From: Eledone cirrhosa
Taxonomy: Eukaryota
Reading direction: 5' to 3'
Assembly (NCBI GenBank): GCA_964016885.1
Contig: OZ024745.1
Span: forward strand, 89,032,001 to 89,096,000
Length of the DNA stretch: 64,000 bases
The position numbers and the translations under genes were made by a program. The notes below the pieces were generated by a model. It did no database searches, was not told the origin of the DNA, and worked only from the letters and a program-made list of their open reading frames with translations. Positions 54,501-64,000 of this stretch are shown one piece after another; the stretch's first letter is position 1; each line of letters opens with the position of its first letter.

Positions 54501-57500
54501 TGTAGTTGCTACATAGATTGCTATAGATGTAGTTGCTACATAGATTGCCATAGATGTAGTTGCTACATAGATCGTCATAGACGTAGTTGCTACATAGATT
54601 GTTATAGATGTAGTTGCTACATAGATTGCCATTTATGTAGTTGCTACATAGATTGTTATAAATGTAGTTGCTACATAGATTGCCATAGATGTATTTGCTA
54701 CATAGATTGCCATAGATGTAGTTGCTACATTGATTGTTATAGATGTAGTTGCTACATATATTGTTATAGATGTAGTTGCTACATAGATTGTTAGAGATGT
54801 AGTTGCTACACAGATCGCCATAGATGTAGTTGCTACATAGATTGCTATAGATGTAGTAGCTACATAGATTGCTATAGATGTAGTTGCTACATATATTGCT
54901 ATAGATGTAGTTGCTACATAGATTGTTATAGATGTAGTTGCTACATAGATTGCTATAGATGTATTTGCTACATAGATCGTTATAGATGTAGTTGCTACAT
55001 AGATTGTTATAGATGTAGTTGCTACATAGATTGCTATAGATGTATTTGCTACATAGATTGCCATAGATGGAATTGCTACATATATTGCTATAGATGTAGT
55101 TGCTACATAGATTGTTATAGATGTAGTTGCTACATAGATTGTTATAGATGTAGTTGCTACATAGATTGTTATAGACGTTGTTGCTACATAGATTACCATA
55201 GATGTAGTTGCTACATAGATTGCCATAGATGTAATTGCTACATAGATTGCCATAGATGTAGTTGATACATAGATTGCCATAGATGTAGTTGCTACATAGA
55301 TTGTTATAGATGTAGTTGCTACATAGATTGCCATAGATGGAGTTGCTACATAGATTGCCATAGATGTAGTTGCTACATAGATTGCCATAGATGTAGTTGC
55401 TACATATATTGCCATAGATGTAGTTGCTACATAGATTGTTATAGATGTAGTTGCTACATAGATTGCCATTGATGGAGTTGCTACGTAGATTACCATAGAT
55501 GTAGTTGCTACATAGATTGCCATATATGTAGTTGCTACATAGATTGCCATAGATGTAGTTGCTACATAGATTGTTATATATGTAGTTGCTAAATAGATTG
55601 CTATAAATGTAGTTGCTACATAGATTGTTATAGATGTAGTTGCTACATAGATTGCCATAGATGTAGTTGCTACGTAGATTGCCATAGATGTAGTTGCTAC
55701 ATTGATTGTTATAGATGTAGTTGCTACATAGATTGTTATAGATGTAGTTGCTACATAGATTGTTATAGATGTAGTTGCTACATAGATTGCCATAGATGTA
55801 GTTGCTACATAGATTGTTATATATGTAGTTGCTACATATATTGAAATGGACGTAGTTGCTACATAGATTGTTATAGATGTAGTTGCTACATAGATTGCCA
55901 TAGATGTAGTTGTTACATAGATTGTTATATATGTAGTTGCTACATAGATTGCTATAGATGTAGTTGCTACATAGATTGTTATAGATGTAGTTGCTACATA
56001 GATTGCTATAGATGTAGTTGCTACATAGATTGCCATAGATGTAGTTGCTACATAGATCGTCATAGACGTGGTTGCTACATAGATTGTTATAGATGTAGTT
56101 GCTACATAGATTGCCATTTATGTAGTTGCTACATAGATTGTTATAAATGTAGTTGCTACATAGATTGCCATAGATGTATTTGCTACATAGATTGCCATAG
56201 ATGTAGTTGCTACATTGATTGTTATAGATGTAGTTGCTACATATATTGTTATAGATGTAGTTGCTACATAGATTGTTATAGATGTAGTTGCTACACAGAT
56301 CGCCATAGATGGAGTTGCTACATAGATTGCTATAGATGTAGTAGCTACATAGATTGCTATAGATGTAGTTGCTACATATATTGCTATAGATGTAGTTGCT
56401 ACATAGATTGTTATAGATGTAGTTGCTACATAGATTGCTATAGATGTATTTGCTACATAGATCGTTATAGATGTAGTTGCTACATAGATTGTTATAGATG
56501 TAGTTGCTACATAGATTGCTATAGATGTATTTGCTACATAGATTGTTATAGATGTATTTGCTACATAGATTGTTATAGATGTAGTTGCTACATAGATTGC
56601 TATAGATGTATTTGCTACATATATTGCTATAGATGTAGTTGCTACATAGATTGTTATAGATGTAGTTGCTACATAGATTGTTATAAATGTAGTTGCTACA
56701 TAGATTGCTATATAAGTAGTTGCTACATATATTGCCATAGATGTAGTTGCTACATAGATTGCCATAGATGTAGTTGCTACATAGATTGCCATAGATGTAG
56801 TTGCTACATAGATTGTTATAGATGTATTTGCTACATAGATTGTCATAGATGGAATTGCTACATATATTGCTATAGATGTAGTTGCTACATAGATTGTTAT
56901 AGATGTAGTTGCTACATAGATTGTTATAGATGTAGTTGCTACATAGATTGCTATATAAGTAGTTGCTACATAGATTGCTATAGATGTAGTTGCTACACAG
57001 ATTGTTATAGATGTAGTTGCTACATAGATTGCTATAGATGTAGTTGCTACATAGATTGTTATAGATGTATTTGCTACATAGATTGCCATAGATGGAATTG
57101 CTACATATATTGCTATAGATGTAGTTGCTACATAGATTGTTATAGATGTAGTTGCTACATAGATTGTTATAGATGTAGTTGCTACATAGATTGCTATAGA
57201 TGTAGTTGCTACATAGATTGCCATAGATGTAGTTGCTACAGAGATCGTCATAGACGTAGTTGCTACATAGATTGTTATAGATGTAGTTGCTACATAGATT
57301 GCCATTTATGTAGTTGCTACATAGATTGTTATAAATGTAGTTGCTACATAGATTGCCATAGATGTATTTGCTACATAGATTGCCATAGATGTAGTTGCTA
57401 CATTGATTGTTATAGATGTAGTTGCTACATATATTGTTATAGATGTAGTTGCTACATAGATTGTTAGAGATGTAGTTGCTACACAGATCGCCATAGATGT

Positions 57501-60500
57501 AGTTGCTACATAGATTGCTATAGATGTAGTAGCTACATAGATTGCTATAGATGTAGTTGCTACATATATTGCTATAGATGTAGTTGCTACATAGATTGTT
57601 ATAGATGTAGTTGCTACATAGATTGCTATAGATGTATTTGCTACATAGATCGTTATAGATGTAGTTGCTACATAGATTGTTATAGATGTAGTTGCTACAT
57701 AGATTGCTATAGATGTATTTGCTACATAGATTGCCATAGATGGAATTGCTACATATATTGCTATAGATGTAGTTGCTACATAGATTGTTATAGATGTAGT
57801 TGCTACATAGATTGTTATAGATGTAGTTGCTACATAGATTGTTATAGACGTTGTTGCTACATAGATTACCATAGATGTAGTTGCTACATAGATTGCCATA
57901 GATGTAATTGCTACATAGATTGCCATAGATGTAGTTGATACATAGATTGCCATAGATGTAGTTGCTACATAGATTGTTATAGATGTAGTTGCTACATAGA
58001 TTGCCATAGATGGAGTTGCTACATAGATTGCCATAGATGTAGTTGCTACATAGATTGCCATAGATGTAGTTGCTACATATATTGCCATAGATGTAGTTGC
58101 TACATAGATTGTTATAGATGTAGTTGCTACATAGATTGCCATTGATGGAGTTGCTACGTAGATTACCATAGATGTAGTTGCTACATAGATTGCCATATAT
58201 GTAGTTGCTACATAGATTGCCATAGATGTAGTTGCTACATAGATTGTTATATATGTAGTTGGTAAATAGATTGCTATAAATGTAGTTGCTACATAGATTG
58301 TTATAGATGTAGTTGCTACATAGATTGCCATAGATGTAGTTGCTACGTAGATTGCCATAGATGTAGTTGCTACATTGATTGTTATAGATGTAGTTGCTAC
58401 ATAGATTGTTATAGATGTAGTTGCTACATAGATTGTTATAGATGTAGTTGCTACATAGATTGCCATAGATGTAGTTGCTACATAGATTGTTATATATGTA
58501 GTTGCTACATATATTGAAATGGACGTAGTTGCTACATAGATTGTTATAGATGTAGTTGCTACATAGATTGCCATAGATGTAGTTGTTACATAGATTGTTA
58601 TATATGTAGTTGCTACATAGATTGCTATAGATGTAGTTGCTACATAGATTGTTATAGATGTAGTTGCTACATAGATTGCTATAGATGTAGTTGCTACATA
58701 GATTGCCATAGATGTAGTTGCTACATAGATCGTCATAGACGTGGTTGCTACATAGATTGTTATAGATGTAGTTGCTACATAGATTGCCATTTATGTAGTT
58801 GCTACATAGATTGTTATAAATGTAGTTGCTACATAGATTGCCATAGATGTATTTGCTACATAGATTGCCATAGATGTAGTTGCTACATTGATTGTTATAG
58901 ATGTAGTTGCTACATATATTGTTATAGATGTAGTTGCTACATAGATTGTTATAGATGTAGTTGCTACACAGATCGCCATAGATGGAGTTGCTACATAGAT
59001 TGCTATAGATGTAGTAGCTACATAGATTGCTATAGATGTAGTTGCTACATATATTGCTATAGATGTATTTGCTACATAGATCGTTATAGATGTAGTTGCT
59101 ACATAGATTGTTATAGATGTAGTTGCTACATAGATTGCTATAGATGTATTTGCTACATAGATTGTTATAGATGTATTTGCTACATAGATTGTTATAGATG
59201 TAGTTGCTACATAGATTGCTATAGATGTATTTGCTACATATATTGCTATAGATGTAGTTGCTACATAGATTGTTATAGATGTAGTTGCTACATAGATTGT
59301 TATAAATGTAGTTGCTACATAGATTGCTATATAAGTAGTTGCTACATATATTGCCATAGATGTAGTTGCTACATAGATTGCCATAGATGTAGTTGCTACA
59401 TAGATTGCCATAGATGTAGTTGCTACATAGATTGTTATAGATGTATTTGCTACATAGATTGTCATAGATGGAATTGCTACATATATTGCTATAGATGTAG
59501 TTGCTACATAGATTGTTATAGATGTAGTTGCTACATAGATTGTTATAGATGTAGTTGCTACATAGATTGCTATATAAGTAGTTGCTACATAGATTGCTAT
59601 AGATGTAGTTGCTACACAGATTGTTATAGATGTAGTTGCTACATAGATTGCTATAGATGTAGTTGCTACATAGATTGTTATAGATGTATTTGCTACATAG
59701 ATTGCCATAGATGGAATTGCTACATATATTGCTATATATGTAGTTGCTACATAGATTGTTATAGATGTAGTTGCTACATAGATTGTTATAGATGTAGTTG
59801 CTACATAGATTGTTATAGACGTTGTTGCTACATAGATTACCATAGATGTAGTTGCTACATAGATTGCCATAGATGTAATTGCTACATAGATTGCCATAGA
59901 TGTAGTTGATACATAGATTGCCATAGATGTAGTTGCTACATAGATTGTTATAGATGTAGTTGCTACATAGATTGCCATAGATGGAGTTGCTACATAGATT
60001 GCCATAGATGTAGTTGCTACATAGATTGCCATAGATGTAGTTGCTACATATATTGCCATAGATGTAGTTGCTACATAGATTGTTATAGATGTAGTTGCTA
60101 CATAGATTGCCATTGATGGAGTTGCTACGTAGATTACCATAGATGTAGTTGCTACATAGATTGCCATAGATGTAGTTGCTACATAGATTGCCATAGATGT
60201 AGTTGCTACATAGATTGTTATATATGTAGTTGCTAAATAGATTGCTATAAATGTAGTTGCTACATAGATTGTTATAGATGTAGTTGCTACATAGATTGCC
60301 ATAGATGTAGTTGCTACGTAGATTGCCATAGATGTAGTTGCTACATTGATTGTTATAGATGTAGTTGCTACATAGATTGTTATAGATGTAGTTGCTACAT
60401 AGATTGTTATAGATGTAGTTGCTACATAGATTGCCATAGATGTAGTTGCTACATAGATTGTTATATATGTAGTTGCTACATATATTGAAATGGACGTAGT

Positions 60501-63500
60501 TGCTACATAGATTGTTATAGATGTAGTTGCTACATAGATTGCCATAGATGTAGTTGTTACATAGATTGTTATATATGTAGTTGCTACATAGATTGCTATA
60601 GATGTAGTTGCTACATAGATTGTTATAGATGTAGTTGCTACATAGATTGCTATAGATGTAGTTGCTACATAGATTGCCATAGATGTAGTTGCTACATAGA
60701 TCGTCATAGACGTAGTTGCTACATAGATTGTTATAGATGTAGTTGCTACATAGATTGCCATTTATGTAGTTGCTACATAGATTGTTATAAATGTAGTTGC
60801 TACATAGATTGCCATAGATGTATTTGCTACATAGATTGCCATAGATGTAGTTGCTACATTGATTGTTATAGATGTAGTTGCTACATATATTGTTATAGAT
60901 GTAGTTGCTACATAGATTGTTAGAGATGTAGTTGCTACACAGATCGCCATAAATGTAGTTGCTACATAGATTGCTATAGATGTAGTAGCTACATAGATTG
61001 CTATAGATGTAGTTGCTACATATATTGCTATAGATGTAGTTGCTACATAGATTGTTATAGATGTAGTTGCTACATAGATTGCTATAGATGTATTTGCTAC
61101 ATAGATCGTTATAGATGTAGTTGCTACATAGATTGTTATAGATGTAGTTGCTACATAGATTGCTATAGATGTATTTGCTACATAGATTGTTATAGATGTA
61201 TTTGCTACATAGATTGTTATAGATGTAGTTGCTACATAGATTGCTATAGATGTATTTGCTACATATATTGCTATAGATGTAGTTGCTACATAGATTGTTA
61301 TAGATGTAGTTGCTACATAGATTGTTATAAATGTAGTTGCTACATAGATTGCTATATAAGTAGTTGCTACATATATTGCCATAGATGTAGTTGCTACATA
61401 GATTGCCATAGATGTAGTTGCTACATAGATTGCCATAGATGTAGTTGCTACATAGATTGCCATTTATGTAGTTGCTACATAGATTGTTATAGATGTAGTT
61501 GCTACATATATTGTTATAGATGTAGTTGCTACATAGATTGTTATAGATGTAGTTGCTACATAGATTGCCATAGATGTAGTTGATACATAGATTGCCATAG
61601 ATGTAGTTGCTACATAGATTGTTATAGATGTAGTTGCTACATAGATTGTCATAGATGGAGTTGCTACATAGATTGCCATAGATGTAGTTGCTACATAGAT
61701 TGCCATAGATGTAGTTGCTACATATATTGTCATAGATGTAGTTGCTACATAGATTGCCATAGATGTAGTTGCTACATAGATTGTTATAGATGTAGTTGCT
61801 AAATAGATTGCTATAGATGTAGTTGCTACATAGATTGTTGTAGATGTAGTTGCTACATAGATTGACATATATGTAGTTGCTACATAGATTGTTATAGATG
61901 TAGTTGCTACATTGATTGTTATAGATGTAGTTGCTACATAGATTGTTATAGATGTAGTTGCTACATAGATTGTTATAGTTGTAGTTGCTACATAGATTGC
62001 CATAAATGTAGTTGCTACATAGATTGTTATATATCTAGTTGCTACATATATTGAAATGGTCGTAGTTGCTACATAGATTGCTATAGATGTAGTTGCTACA
62101 TAGATTGCCATAGATGTAGTTGCTACATAGATCGTCATAGACGTAGTTGCTACATAGATTGTTATAGATGTAGTTGCTCCATAGATTGCCATTTATGTAG
62201 TTGCTACATAGATTGTTATAAATGTAGTTGCTACATAGATTGCCATAGATGTATTTGCTACATAGATTGCCATAGATGTAGTTGCTACATTGATTGTTAT
62301 AGATGTAGTTGCTACATACATTGTTATATATGTAGTTGCTACATAGATTGTTATAGATGTAGTTGCTACACAGATCGCCATAGATGTAGTTGCTACATAG
62401 ATTGCTATAGATGTAGTAGCTACATAGATTGCTATAGATGTAGTTGCTACATATATTGCTATAGATGTAGTTGCTACATAGATTGTTATAAATGTAGTTG
62501 CTACATAGATTGTTATAGATGTAGTTGCTACATAGATTGCTATAGATGTATTTGCTACATATATTGCTATAGATGTAGTTGCTACATAGATTGTTATAGA
62601 TGTAGTTGCTACATAGATTGTTATAAATGTAGTTGCTACATAGATTGCTATATAAGTAGTTGCTACATATATTGCCATAGATGTAGTTGCTACATAGATT
62701 GCCATAGATGTAGTTGCTACATAGATTGCCATAGATGTAGTTGCTACATAGATCGCCATTTATGTAGTTGCTACATAGATTGTTATAGATGTAGTTGCTA
62801 CATAGATTGCCATAGATGTAGTTGCTACATAGATTGCCATAGATGTAGTTGCTACATTGATTGTTATAGATGTAGTTGCTACATATATTGTTATAGATGT
62901 AGTTGCTACATAGATTGTTATAGATTTAGTTGCTACATAGATTGCTATAGATGTAGTTGCTGCATAGATTGCTATAGATGTAGTTGCTACATAGATTGCT
63001 ATAATGTAGTTGCTACATAGATTGCTATATAAGTAATTGCTACAATGATTGCTATAGGTGAAGTTGTTACATAGAATGTTATAGATATAGTTGCTACATA
63101 GATTGCTATAGATGTATTTGCTACATAGATAGTTATAGATGTAGTTGCGACATAGATTGTTATAGATGTAGTTGCTGTATAGACTGCTATAGATCTATTT
63201 GCTACATAGATTGTTATATATGTAGTTGGTACAGAGATTGTTATAGATGTAGTTGCTACATAGATTGTTATAGATGTAGTTGCTACATAGATTGTTATAG
63301 ATGTAGTTGCTAGATAGATTGCTATATAAGTAGTTGCTACATATATTGTTATAGATGTAGTTGCTACATAGATTGCCATAGATGGAGTTGCTACATAGAT
63401 TGCCATAGATGTAGTTGCTACATAGATTGCCATAGATGTAGTTGCTACATAGATTGACATAGATGTAGTTGCTACATAGATTGTTATAGATGTAGTTGCT

Positions 63501-64000
63501 ACATAGATTGTTATAGATGTAGTTGCTACATAGATTGCCATAGATGTAGTTGCTACATAGATTGTTACAGATGTAATTGCTACATTGATTGTTATAGATG
63601 TAGTTGCTACATAGATTGTTTTAGATGTAGTTGCTACATAGATTGTTATAGATGTAGTTGCTACATAGATTGCCATAGATGTAGTTGCTACATAGATTGT
63701 TATAGTTGTAGTTGCTACATATATTGAAATGGACGTAGTTGCTACATAGATTGTTATAGATGTAGTTGCTACATAGATTGCCATAGATGTAGTTGCTACA
63801 TAGATTGATATATATGTAGTTGCTATATGGATTGCTATAGATGTAGTTGCTACATAGATTGTTATAGATGTAGTTGCTACATAGATTGCTATAGATGTAG
63901 TTGCTACATAGATTGCCATAGATGTAGTTGCTACATAGATCGTCATAGACGTAGTTGCTACATAGATTGTTATAGATGTAGTTGCTACATAGATTGCCAT
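48578..64000. repeat. 27-bp satellite, consensus TAGATGTAGTTGCTACATAGATTG(CC/TT/CT)A, with higher-order blocks; runs off the window
   Basis: Seen directly; internal dyad ATGTAG-TTG-CTACAT; almost no indels. Confidence 0.98.

Noticed and set aside
48505-64000. Chain of long minus-strand ORFs (MAIYVATTS)n joined by TAA-ATG, resembling a giant repeat protein or polycistron
   Set aside because: 27 is a multiple of 3 and only TAT codons are one substitution from a stop, so open frames are expected. Common variants are non-synonymous, and the TAA-ATG joints are one variant copied by higher-order duplication. No expression evidence.
48578-64000. CRISPR-like palindromic repeat array
   Set aside because: No unique spacers, no cas genes, eukaryotic context

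Overview
Eukaryotic, repeat-only window with no recognisable host gene. The tRNA-derived SINE and dense TA/TC/ATT microsatellites suggest an octopus or other cephalopod (inference). 1-1.6 kb: Penelope-like RT remnant and a canonical hammerhead ribozyme. 1.6-24.7 kb: four decayed full-length Tx1/L1-clade LINEs head-to-tail, each bounded by (ATT)n, with SINEs at two junctions. 24.7-29.2 kb: a nearly intact R4/Dong RT-RLE element inserted tail-to-tail into the last (ATT)n tract, preceded by what looks like a Tx1-type 5' leader/ORF1 module. 29-48.5 kb: SINEs, RTE fragments, an internally deleted Helitron, a truncated Gypsy element and several more hammerhead motifs, including an inverted pair. 48.6-64 kb: 27-bp satellite with higher-order blocks. 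The best candidate for an undescribed system is an (ATT/TAA)n-targeting retroelement guild (Tx1, Dong, SINE) that appears to exchange 5' modules and share 3' tails. All alignments and RNA pairings were made by eye, so boundaries are approximate.
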